The notes beneath the pieces are model-generated. The model did not search any database. It was not told the DNA's origin and worked only from the letters and a program-made list of their open reading frames with translations. Shown one piece after another: positions 1 to 7,774 of a stretch of 32,000 nucleotides of DNA; position 1 is the first letter of the stretch; each line of letters starts with the position of its first letter. The DNA is from Nitrosopumilus maritimus SCM1. GTDB taxonomy: Archaea > Thermoproteota > Nitrososphaeria > Nitrososphaerales > Nitrosopumilaceae. The position numbers were made by a program, and so were the translations under genes. The stretch is from assembly GCF_000018465.1 (NCBI RefSeq), contig NC_010085.1:900001-932000 (forward strand), read 5' to 3'.

Positions 1-777
1 GAGGGTGTGGGCATGATGGAAAAGAATCAGCCAAAGGCAGCCATTTCATTTTTCAACAAGGTCCTAAAACAAGAGCCAGAAAATACAGAGGCATTACTTC
101 AAAAGGGGTTGGCATTAAACTTGATAAAAAAATACCAAGATGCAATTACTTGTTTTGATAAATTAATAGAAATTGATCCTAAAGATGCCCAAGCCCTAAA
201 CAACAGAGGAATATCCATGGCAGAGACAGGCAACATCCAGGGGGCTGCAGAATATTATGACAGGGCAATTGAGGCAGATTCCAAATATGCATCAGCTTAT
301 TTCAACAAAGGCGTACTACTAGACAAACTCCAAGAACATGAAGAGGCATTAACAGTTTTAGAAAAAGCAATAACAATTGATCCAAGAAAGCCAAATGCCA
401 TGATCTACAAGGGAATAGTTCTAGGTAAACTCAAAAGAAACGAAGAGGCATTGAATTGCTTTTCAAATGTTTGCAAAAAATATCCAAACAATTTGGATGC
501 ATTTTTCCAAAAAGGAGTTCAGCTAGCTGAATTAGACCAACATAAAAAAGCACTAGATGTGTTTGATGAACTCTTAAAAAAATACAAAGACAACGTGAAT
601 GTGATTTATGCAAAATCACGCAGTATGGCAGCACTTGAAAAGTATCCTGAATCACTAGAATTACTAAAACAAGCAGTATCCAAAAGTCCCAAAGTTATTC
701 GAGCATGGGCAAAAGAAGAGCCAATTTTCACAAAATTGCACAGTAATGATGAATTTAGAAAGATTGTAAAACTATAG
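1..777 (+). CDS. TPR-repeat protein, probably truncated at the left window edge (frame is open to base 1; first in-window ATG at 13, GTG at 7)
   Basis: Repeated 34-aa TPR pattern, e.g. EALLQKGLALNLIKKYQDAITCFDKLIEIDPKDAQALNNRGISMAETGNIQGAAEYYDRAIEADSKYASAYFNKG. Confidence 0.9.
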   Translation, partial: EGVGMMEKNQPKAAISFFNKVLKQEPENTEALLQKGLALNLIKKYQDAITCFDKLIEIDPKDAQALNNRGISMAETGNIQGAAEYYDRAIEADSKYASAYFNKGVLLDKLQEHEEALTVLEKAITIDPRKPNAMIYKGIVLGKLKRNEEALNCFSNVCKKYPNNLDAFFQKGVQLAELDQHKKALDVFDELLKKYKDNVNVIYAKSRSMAALEKYPESLELLKQAVSKSPKVIRAWAKEEPIFTKLHSNDEFRKIVKL

Positions 778-1476
778 AATCTTTTTTCGTACTGCATCGA
801 TTCGGATTATTTCGACCTTCTTTTTTGGACCAATTAGTCGGCCCTCAAAAATCGGTACATAGAGTTCGGTGATTTCACGCAATACAAATTCTTCAGATAG
901 TTCTCTCACATCGGTCTCAAGAGGTTTTTTCAATTGAGACTGAAGTTTCTCTAATGCAGCATCATATGTTATTTCAGGTCTTTTTACATTTGGTTCATTT
1001 TTTTGTAGTAATCGTTTAGGATAATTTTCCACCGTATCAGAATTTACTTTGAATGGGAATTTTATCTCTCTTCCGTGATGATCAAATGCAAGTTCATCTT
1101 CTTCTTTAACAAATACGTGTTCTTCCAAGTTTATGTCAATCTTGTTTTTTCCTTTCTTTCCAGTTAACGCCTTTTCAAACCCAGATTTAGAGCGAGTCTG
1201 AAATACGCCATCGCCAAGTTCAACTTCTTTTACATTGTAGGGAACAGAGATTGTATGGGTTGCCTTTCGATAATAGTCAGCAACATATTTTCCAGACACT
1301 AGTAAAATGCATTCATAGTATAATTTGACGGAGTGGATGTGAACTTGTTCTTTTTTTGGTCTAGACAATAGTGATTTGAATGGGTTTGTCTTCTTTTCTT
1401 CTATAATCTCAGTTGCTTCTTCAAGTTCGATGTTTTTTCTAAGAACAACTGTCTTTACATCATAGGACTTGCTCAA
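772..1476 (-). CDS. conserved hypothetical protein (234 aa)
   Basis: Long ORF filling the interval; convergent with the TPR gene, divergent from the next gene; basic C-terminus ending VDAVRKKIL. Confidence 0.75.
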   Translation of the reverse strand: MSKSYDVKTVVLRKNIELEEATEIIEEKKTNPFKSLLSRPKKEQVHIHSVKLYYECILLVSGKYVADYYRKATHTISVPYNVKEVELGDGVFQTRSKSGFEKALTGKKGKNKIDINLEEHVFVKEEDELAFDHHGREIKFPFKVNSDTVENYPKRLLQKNEPNVKRPEITYDAALEKLQSQLKKPLETDVRELSEEFVLREITELYVPIFEGRLIGPKKKVEIIRIDAVRKKIL

Positions 1477-1553
1477 AACTATACAAAGTACATGATTCTA
1501 GTTATTAAACCAATTCTACTAGGAATTAAATAATAGATTTTAGAAAATAAAGC

Positions 1554-1919
1554 ATGGCAACAAAAAAGAAAGTTGGGTATATTGAACGATTTTTGAAAAA
1601 AGCAGACAAGGCAATTGATGATGGAGTAAAAAGGGCTGATGAAGTTCTAGAGGATGCAGTAGAATTTGGAACAATGACTGCAAAACAGGCTGCAAAAGCA
1701 AGTAAGGACATACAACTAAGAGCAAAAAAAGAAAGTGAAGCAATACACAAAAAAGGTACCAAAAAGATTGAGGAAGGACTTTCTGCTGCAAAAAATGCAA
1801 CATCAAACACAGAAGAAGATTTGGCAACACTTGAGAAATTAGGAAAATTACGAAAAGCAGGAGTTCTTACTGAAAAAGAGTTTCAGGCAAAGAAAAAGAA
1901 AATTCTGGAAAGAATTTAA
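1554..1919 (+). CDS. small protein with C-terminal SHOCT-like domain
   Basis: C-terminus DLATLEKLGKLRKAGVLTEKEFQAKKKKILERI matches the SHOCT pattern; Lys/Ala-rich helical N-terminus. Confidence 0.75.
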   Translation: MATKKKVGYIERFLKKADKAIDDGVKRADEVLEDAVEFGTMTAKQAAKASKDIQLRAKKESEAIHKKGTKKIEEGLSAAKNATSNTEEDLATLEKLGKLRKAGVLTEKEFQAKKKKILERI

Positions 1920-1920
1920 A

Positions 1921-2376
1921 ATGAAAAAAACAAACATTCAAGGAAGTAATGATAAAAGAAATGTAAATCCAAATTGGTTTACATCAAAGACATGGATGAA
2001 AGTATTATCTGAAAAAATAAAATCAAAAGATCAAGACATCTATCATGTTCATTTTGAAAAAGGTTCTAGAACAAAACTACATGCACATAATGGAAATCAA
2101 GTATTAATTGCAACCAAAGGTAAGGGAAGTTTAGAGATTTTTAGAAGATATGGAACAAGTAAAAATAATTTCAAGATAAAAAAGACTCAAAAAATTACTC
2201 TTAATGAAGGGGATATTGTTCACATTCCAGCAAAAACATTGCACACTCATGGTTCAACAGATAAGAAAAAGACTTTTTCCCATATTGCAATAAACATATT
2301 GCCACGAAAAAATTCTGAATACAAAACAGTTTGGTGGGAGTCAGATTTTAAAACTAAAGCAACAGAAGTCATCTAA
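1921..2376 (+). CDS. cupin-domain protein
   Basis: HFEKGSRTKLHAHNGNQVLIATKGKGSLEIF ... GDIVHIPAKTLHTHG, two cupin motifs; starts 1 nt after the preceding stop. Confidence 0.8.
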   Translation: MKKTNIQGSNDKRNVNPNWFTSKTWMKVLSEKIKSKDQDIYHVHFEKGSRTKLHAHNGNQVLIATKGKGSLEIFRRYGTSKNNFKIKKTQKITLNEGDIVHIPAKTLHTHGSTDKKKTFSHIAINILPRKNSEYKTVWWESDFKTKATEVI

Positions 2377-2378
2377 AG

Positions 2379-2741
2379 ATGTCACTGAGAAAAAATTCAG
2401 AAATAGAATCAATTCAAGGGGCAGAAGGAACAAGCATCAAGCAGTTTTTCCATCCACACAATACGCTTGAAGGAATAGGATACAGTCTTGCTCAATTTAC
2501 ACTAGAACCTGGAAAAGAATCAAAACTTCACATGCTAAAATCATCTGAAATTTACTATATTCTAGAGGGGAAAGCAAACTTGAGAATTGATGATGAAATC
2601 ATGGAACTACAAAAAGATGATTCAGCATATGTTCCCCCAAACTCTAAACAAAATATCAAGAACATTGGAGAGGAGAATTTAAGGTTCCTATGTATAGTAG
2701 AGCCAGCATGGAAAGCAGATGATGAAATCATACTAGAATAG
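2379..2741 (+). CDS. cupin-domain protein, second tandem gene
   Basis: FTLEPGKESKLHMLKSSEIYYILEGKANLRIDDE ... DSAYVPPNSKQNIKNIG; starts 2 nt after the preceding stop. Confidence 0.85.
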   Translation: MSLRKNSEIESIQGAEGTSIKQFFHPHNTLEGIGYSLAQFTLEPGKESKLHMLKSSEIYYILEGKANLRIDDEIMELQKDDSAYVPPNSKQNIKNIGEENLRFLCIVEPAWKADDEIILE

Positions 2742-2803
2742 GCAATTCCTACTCAAAGCAATATGAAATTATTTTTAAAATATGCCAAATCTCTAAAAAT
2801 ACA

Positions 2804-3475
2804 GTGAATACTTACCAGGCTCTCAAAGTACTAGATGTAGATTCCAATTCATCACAAGAAGAGATCAAGGCAGCATTTAGAAAAAAAGCATTAGAGCATC
2901 ATCCAGATAAGAATAAGAACAAAAATGAGGATTTAGAGTTTAAAAAAATTACAGAGGCATATGAATATCTCAAGAAAAATCATCATCAAAGAAATGATGT
3001 GTATCACAATGTACAATCCCAATCAAAACCAAAATCAAACTTCAAAAGAAAACCATGGGGAGCTCCAGATGATGAGACAATTCCAGAACAAGATTGGGGA
3101 AAATACACAAAAGAGTTTGAAGAGGGGGATCCTGATTTTTGGAAAGAGTATGAAAAAAATTTCTGGGAAGAGTACAATGCTAGAGTTCGCCCAGATGGAA
3201 GAAACGGAGAGTATGAAAAGGCAAAAGAGCCTAAAAAACAGCCCAATCTCTATGTAGATGTGGATAAGAGTCTGTGTATTGGCTGTTGTAGTTGTGAGAT
3301 AATTGCTCCAGATGTTTTTCAAATTAACAAAGAGAAAATGATGAATCCGAAATCTTCAGTGATTGATCCAAAAGGTGCAGGAGTAAACAAGATTATGGAT
3401 GCAGCAATGACATGCCCTACAAAGGCAATAATCGTAGAAGATATAGATACAAAAGAAAGAATGTATCCTTACTAG
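2804..3475 (+). CDS. J-domain (DnaJ-like) protein fused to a C-terminal 4Fe-4S ferredoxin domain
   Basis: J domain with EHHPDKNKNKN (HPD motif), then VDKSLCIGCCSCEIIAPDVFQI...AAMTCPTKAIIV (CxxCxxC...CP). Confidence 0.93.
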   Translation: MNTYQALKVLDVDSNSSQEEIKAAFRKKALEHHPDKNKNKNEDLEFKKITEAYEYLKKNHHQRNDVYHNVQSQSKPKSNFKRKPWGAPDDETIPEQDWGKYTKEFEEGDPDFWKEYEKNFWEEYNARVRPDGRNGEYEKAKEPKKQPNLYVDVDKSLCIGCCSCEIIAPDVFQINKEKMMNPKSSVIDPKGAGVNKIMDAAMTCPTKAIIVEDIDTKERMYPY

Positions 3476-3883
3476 TTAGAGTTTTAATTTATCATAAAGT
3501 TCATCTGATTCGGATTCAGATAATTTCAAAGTACCATCAAACATACTGTGTATTGCAGATGCAGAGTCATCTGAAGACCTAGGTACTAAATGCACATGAA
3601 CATGTGGCACTTCTTGTCCTGCTTCTTTTCCATTATGAACTGCAACCAAGGTTGCACCAGTGATAGAATCAACTTTTGCAATCATCTTATGTACAAGAGA
3701 AAACAGATCAGTGTTTTCTTCATCAGACATTTCTTGAATTTTCTGATGATGGTTCTTTGGAATTACTAAAACATGTCCTTTTGCCAAAGGAAAGGCATCA
3801 TGAAATGATATTGATGAAGAGGTTTCTCCAAGAATTTTACAAGGAATTTCTTTTGCAATGATTTTACAAAATATACAATCCAT
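3476..3883 (-). CDS. HIT-family (histidine triad) protein
   Basis: CIFCKIIAKEIPCKILGET ... GKEAGQEVPHVHVHLVPR (HxHxH triad). Confidence 0.93.
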   Translation of the reverse strand: MDCIFCKIIAKEIPCKILGETSSSISFHDAFPLAKGHVLVIPKNHHQKIQEMSDEENTDLFSLVHKMIAKVDSITGATLVAVHNGKEAGQEVPHVHVHLVPRSSDDSASAIHSMFDGTLKLSESESDELYDKLKL

Positions 3884-3918
3884 GATATTTCATATTTTTT
3901 TTAATATTAAATCATTAA

Positions 3919-4197
3919 TCATGGCTCAGTAATCTTTGCCCATGCTAAACCTTCACCATATGTAATAGTCACTACATCACCTGGTTGCAATGTACAATCC
4001 TCAATTATTTTTGGAATATTATCACTAGTTTCAACATAGCATTGACCATTATCATTAGTCAAAATTTCTACTTCTTCATTGACATCTTCTCGAATTAAAT
4101 TCCAGAATGGGAAAACAATTGTAGACAATACTAGTCCTGCAACTATTAAAGCACCACCAAAAATCAATCCACCTTTTTGGCCGGAAGTTAGTTCCAT
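3919..4197 (-). CDS. small single-pass membrane protein; start likely at Met10 of the supplied 4224 ORF
   Basis: MELTSGQKGGLIFGGALIVAGLVLSTIVFPFWNL hydrophobic segment; start at 4197 avoids overlap with the upstream small ORF (stop at 4199-4201). Confidence 0.65.
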   Translation of the reverse strand: MELTSGQKGGLIFGGALIVAGLVLSTIVFPFWNLIREDVNEEVEILTNDNGQCYVETSDNIPKIIEDCTLQPGDVVTITYGEGLAWAKITEP

Positions 4198-4198
4198 T

Positions 4199-4366
4199 TT
4201 ACCAAGTACCGCCATCGCCGGCATTAGGATCTAATTTCTTTGCAGGAACATTTCCATGTGCTTTTTTCATGTGTCTTTTCAGACGTTCAGGATCATGTAA
4301 TTCAGTACCACAAGTATCACACTTAGTTTTACTATCATTGTCTTTGTTACGGTTAAACAATCCCAT
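4199..4366 (-). CDS. 55-aa single C2H2 zinc-finger protein, absent from the supplied ORF track
   Basis: Hand translation: MGLFNRNKDNDSKTKCDTCGTELHDPERLKRHMKKAHGNVPAKKLDPNAGDGGTW*; CDTC-x12-H-x4-H. Confidence 0.75.
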   Translation of the reverse strand: MGLFNRNKDNDSKTKCDTCGTELHDPERLKRHMKKAHGNVPAKKLDPNAGDGGTW

Positions 4367-4420
4367 ATTTTGTTAAAATTTTGAAATACATTATAAAGGA
4401 TACGTGATTTTTGGTAGAAC

Positions 4421-5560
4421 ATGGCAGTAAAAAATATCACAATTTTAGGTTCTGGAGTAATGGGACACGGTATTGCACAGGTATCAGCTACTGCAGGGTA
4501 TAATGTGGTTCTACGAGATATCGAACAGGGATTTTTAGATAAAGCAATGGAAAAGATCAGATGGAGTTTAGATAAACTAGTTTCAAAAGAAAAAATTTCA
4601 AAAGAAGAAGGAGATTCAATTTTTGGTAGAATCACACCAGTTGTAGATTTGAAAGAGGCAGTGAAAGATGCAGAGTTGGTAATAGAAGTAGTTCCAGAAA
4701 TTATGGATCTAAAGAAAAAGGTCTATGCAGAACTAGATGAAGTAGCAGCACCAGAAGTTATCTTTGCATCAAATACCAGTACATTGCCAATTACTGAAAT
4801 TGCAAATACAACATCAAGACCAGACAAATTCATTGGAATTCATTTCTTTAATCCTCCGCAACTGATGAAATTAGTAGAAGTAATTCCAGGGGAGAAAACA
4901 TCGCAAGAAATTACAGATTTAACTAAAGATTATGTCAAGTCAGTTAACAAACAAGCTGTATTATGTAGAAAAGATGTTCCAGGATTTATCATAAACAGGT
5001 TATTCATTCCAATGGTTCATGAAGCATGTTATGCAAAAGATAGAACAGGTGCAACTCTTGAAGAGATTGATTCAGCAGTAAAATTCAATCTAGGATTTCC
5101 AATGGGAATCTTTGAGTTAGCAGACTTTACAGGAATGGATGTGATTCACAAAGCAACAGTTGAGATGCATTTGAGAGACAAAAAAGTAATCAACCCACAT
5201 CCAACAGTTGAGAAAATGTTTGATGAAAAGAAACTAGGACAAAAATCAGGGGAAGGATACTACAAGTATTCAGATGACAAATATGAAAGAGTTGAACTTT
5301 CTCAAGAGCTTGCTCAGAAATTTAATCCCATTCAACTAGTAGCAAATATTCTAAACAATGCAGCATGGCTTGTAACTAATGGTGCAAGCGACATAGAAGA
5401 AATTGAAAAAGCCGCTCAGTTAGGGTTAGGATTGAAAAAACCGCTATTTGAAACAGCAAAAGAAATTGGCATTAAAAATATTGTAGATGAGTTAAACAAA
5501 CTTGCCGAAGAACATGGAGAGTTTTACAAACCAGACCCACTGCTCACATCAATGCAGTGA
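4421..5560 (+). CDS. 3-hydroxyacyl-CoA dehydrogenase (3-hydroxybutyryl-CoA dehydrogenase-like)
   Basis: ITILGSGVMGHGIAQVSATAGYNVVLRDI; GIHFFNPPQLMKLVEVIPG; DVPGFIINRL, hallmark motifs. Confidence 0.95.
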   Translation: MAVKNITILGSGVMGHGIAQVSATAGYNVVLRDIEQGFLDKAMEKIRWSLDKLVSKEKISKEEGDSIFGRITPVVDLKEAVKDAELVIEVVPEIMDLKKKVYAELDEVAAPEVIFASNTSTLPITEIANTTSRPDKFIGIHFFNPPQLMKLVEVIPGEKTSQEITDLTKDYVKSVNKQAVLCRKDVPGFIINRLFIPMVHEACYAKDRTGATLEEIDSAVKFNLGFPMGIFELADFTGMDVIHKATVEMHLRDKKVINPHPTVEKMFDEKKLGQKSGEGYYKYSDDKYERVELSQELAQKFNPIQLVANILNNAAWLVTNGASDIEEIEKAAQLGLGLKKPLFETAKEIGIKNIVDELNKLAEEHGEFYKPDPLLTSMQ

Positions 5561-5561
5561 A

Positions 5562-5828
5562 TCAATTAATTCCCAAATGTTCTTTGATTTTAGTAACATC
5601 TTCTCCAATCATAGATATCTGACTACTTAATGCCCAAACAGAGTTTCTTGATTGGATATTTTGATTATTCAAATATTTTACCAAGGTCATAGTAAATTCA
5701 GAGTTGTTTGTTTTCTCTAAATAAGAAATGATTTCATCAATCATTTGAGGAGGCAATCCTTTATCCAATTTATCAATAAGTTGTTTGCATTCTTCATCAT
5801 CTTGAATTGCCATGAATTGTATACACAC
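5562..5828 (-). CDS. conserved hypothetical protein (88 aa)
   Basis: ORF tightly packed against the 4421-5560 gene end and the next minus-strand gene. Confidence 0.6.
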   Translation of the reverse strand: MCIQFMAIQDDEECKQLIDKLDKGLPPQMIDEIISYLEKTNNSEFTMTLVKYLNNQNIQSRNSVWALSSQISMIGEDVTKIKEHLGIN

Positions 5829-5844
5829 TTTTGATTAAAGAAGA

Positions 5845-6354
5845 TTATGCAGAGATTAGTTCTATTATTTTTGTAACTGCTTCTTGAGCATTATCTACAC
5901 CAACAATTTTTACATTTTCTCTATGATCCAAATATCCATCAATATATTGTTCCACTGAACCGTTGAGATTTCTAATTGCAACCATTGGTTTTTTTGACAT
6001 GTATGATGCACAAACCTCAGATAATGTGCCAGAACCACCACCAACAATTATGACACCATCAGCACTCAGTGCATTAAGAAAATCACGAGTAAATCCCATT
6101 CCAGTAGGAATTACAATATCACAGTACTCATTAGCCTCAGAAGCATCATCTTGAGGAATTATTCCAACAGTTAACCCATCTGTATCTTTTGCACCACGAG
6201 ATGCAGCAGTCATTATTCCACCCAATCCACCAGTAATCAACACAGAGTCAGATTTTGCAATTTCTACACCGATATCATATGCAATTTTCTCATGTTCTGG
6301 AGTACAACCATTAGTGTTATTTCCAATTACCAGGATCTGACGTTTCTTTACCAT
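5845..6354 (-). CDS. TIGR00725/LOG-like Rossmann-fold protein
   Basis: SVLITGGLGGIMTAASRGAKDTDGLTVGIIP ... GVIIVGGGSGTLSEV (GGGxGTxxE-type motif). Confidence 0.88.
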   Translation of the reverse strand: MVKKRQILVIGNNTNGCTPEHEKIAYDIGVEIAKSDSVLITGGLGGIMTAASRGAKDTDGLTVGIIPQDDASEANEYCDIVIPTGMGFTRDFLNALSADGVIIVGGGSGTLSEVCASYMSKKPMVAIRNLNGSVEQYIDGYLDHRENVKIVGVDNAQEAVTKIIELISA

Positions 6355-6429
6355 GTTAAATATTTAGAAACAGGTTTGAAATATCTTCCGAGAGAAAAGG
6401 ATATTAGTAAAAAATACGGTTGTTATTAC

Positions 6430-6552
6430 ATGGAAAGACGTTCAATGCCAGTATGTTTTACTGAAAAACAATACAAAATGATCGAAGAATATGCCAAGAG
6501 AAACGGTATGCTCAATGCAAGCCAAGCTCTTGAAAAAATCCTAAGCGAATAA
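6430..6552 (+). CDS. 40-aa ribbon-helix-helix-like small protein
   Basis: MERRSMPVCFTEKQYKMIEEYAKRNGMLNASQALEKILSE; the upstream part of the supplied 86-aa ORF overlaps the neighbouring gene and looks non-coding. Confidence 0.5.
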   Translation: MERRSMPVCFTEKQYKMIEEYAKRNGMLNASQALEKILSE

Positions 6553-6616
6553 ACGCTTTTTTGTTATTTTTATTTTGTTTACATTTATAGAATAAGCTAT
6601 ACTAGGTAGATTTGTA

Positions 6617-7027
6617 ATGGGATTATTTAGCAGAAAACCATCATTTTGTACTATTTGTGATAAAGAACTAACCCACAAACACAAACCAAAAAGAGAATGG
6701 AACATCAAAGGTCCACTTTGCGGAGAGTGTCATTTTGAAAAACAAAAAGAGTACTATGAAGGCAAGGTAAGGCAACCATGTGTAGAATGTGGTAAAACTC
6801 AAAAAATTACAGATTTGTGGGAACCACGATGGCAATGGGATATGGAAGGACTTCTTTGCAAACCATGTTTTGATAAAAAAGAAGAATCACATGGAAAAAA
6901 GAAAAATTTTTGTTCATTGTGTGGTGGAAAGATGGGATTGATTAGATATAATCCAAAAGGAAAATGGAAGATTGATGGTCAACTATGCAGAAAGTGCTGG
7001 GATGAAAAAAAGGCAGAGTTAGGATAG
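6617..7027 (+). CDS. small protein with three tandem CxxC...CxxC zinc-binding modules
   Basis: FCTICDKEL..EWNIKGPLCGECHFEKQ / PCVECGKTQ..RWQWDMEGLLCKPCFDKK / FCSLCGGKM..KGKWKIDGQLCRKCWDEKK. Confidence 0.85.
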   Translation: MGLFSRKPSFCTICDKELTHKHKPKREWNIKGPLCGECHFEKQKEYYEGKVRQPCVECGKTQKITDLWEPRWQWDMEGLLCKPCFDKKEESHGKKKNFCSLCGGKMGLIRYNPKGKWKIDGQLCRKCWDEKKAELG

Positions 7028-7030
7028 TAG

Positions 7031-7228
7031 TTGGGATTTTTTAAAAAAATCAAATGCGATATTTGTGATAATAAATTTTCAAAACAAGAAGAATTGATGA
7101 ATCACAAACAGATTGTTCATGGAAAGGATTTGCAATATGATTGCAAAGAGTGTAACAAATTTTTTTCAAATATGGAAGACATGAGAACTCATCTACAAAG
7201 AGAACACAGTTACAAAAAAGACAGATAA
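7031..7228 (+). CDS. 65-aa protein with two C2H2 zinc fingers (TTG start)
   Basis: CDICDNKFSKQEELMNHKQIVH and CKECNKFFSNMEDMRTHLQREH, both C-x2-C-x12-H-x4-H; starts 3 nt after the previous stop. Confidence 0.85.
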   Translation: MGFFKKIKCDICDNKFSKQEELMNHKQIVHGKDLQYDCKECNKFFSNMEDMRTHLQREHSYKKDR

Positions 7229-7435
7229 CTAAATTGCTTTGACGGTCTTAACTACTGGAGGTCTAACTTTGGTAAATACTCTGAATCCACAAATACATTT
7301 GATTTCAGGTAAACGAGATAATTCAGTGTTTGAAACCATAGTTCCACATCTAAGGCAAGAATAGTTTACATCAAATGTTTCAACAGGTGTTTCTTCTACT
7401 TCATCAAAATTTTCTTCAGCCATGTTTATCATCAA
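7229..7435 (-). CDS. rpoP: DNA-directed RNA polymerase subunit P (Rpo12/RpoP)
   Basis: YSCLRCGTMVSNTELSRLPEIKCICGFRVFTKVRPPVVKTVKAI, matches the archaeal RpoP pattern (CxxC, CxxC-like, YKxRPP). Confidence 0.85.
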   Translation of the reverse strand: MMINMAEENFDEVEETPVETFDVNYSCLRCGTMVSNTELSRLPEIKCICGFRVFTKVRPPVVKTVKAI

Positions 7436-7454
7436 AATTTCTATAATTTAGAGA

Positions 7455-7763
7455 TTATGTTAATGAAAGTTCAATGTAGACGTCATCAGGGATTTTTAGT
7501 CTCATTAATTGCCTTATTGCTTTGTCGTCAGCGTTGATGTTGATAATTCTTCTATGCATCTTCATCTCCCATTTCTCATAAGTTTCAGTTCCGTTGCCAC
7601 AAGGAGATTTTCTAGTAGCAACGTGTAATCTTTTAACAGGAAGTGGGGTTGGACCCTTTACCTTAACACCGGTTTTTTTACCGATACCCATGATTTCCCC
7701 ACATACTCCATCTAACTTTGGTAGACTGGTTGATGTGAGTTTTACACGGGCGGTTTGGGTCAT
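7455..7763 (-). CDS. rps10: 30S ribosomal protein S10
   Basis: ARVKLTSTSLPKLDGVCGEIMGIGKKTGVKVKGPTPLPVKRLHVATRKSPCGNGTETYEKWEMKMHRRIININ. Confidence 0.97.
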   Translation of the reverse strand: MTQTARVKLTSTSLPKLDGVCGEIMGIGKKTGVKVKGPTPLPVKRLHVATRKSPCGNGTETYEKWEMKMHRRIININADDKAIRQLMRLKIPDDVYIELSLT

Positions 7764-7774
7764 AAAAAATCCGC

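Noticed and set aside
1497-1530. CTAGT...ACTAG dyad in the divergent gap before the SHOCT-like gene
   Set aside because: Only 5-bp arms in AT-rich DNA; expected by chance.
4279-4635. 118-aa minus-strand ORF
   Set aside because: Overlaps the confident dehydrogenase N-terminus on the opposite strand and the C2H2 ORF in another frame.
6292-6429. N-terminal extension of the 86-aa ORF at 6292-6552
   Set aside because: Overlaps the start of the opposing Rossmann-fold gene and its intergenic region; downstream ATG at 6430 gives a more plausible protein.
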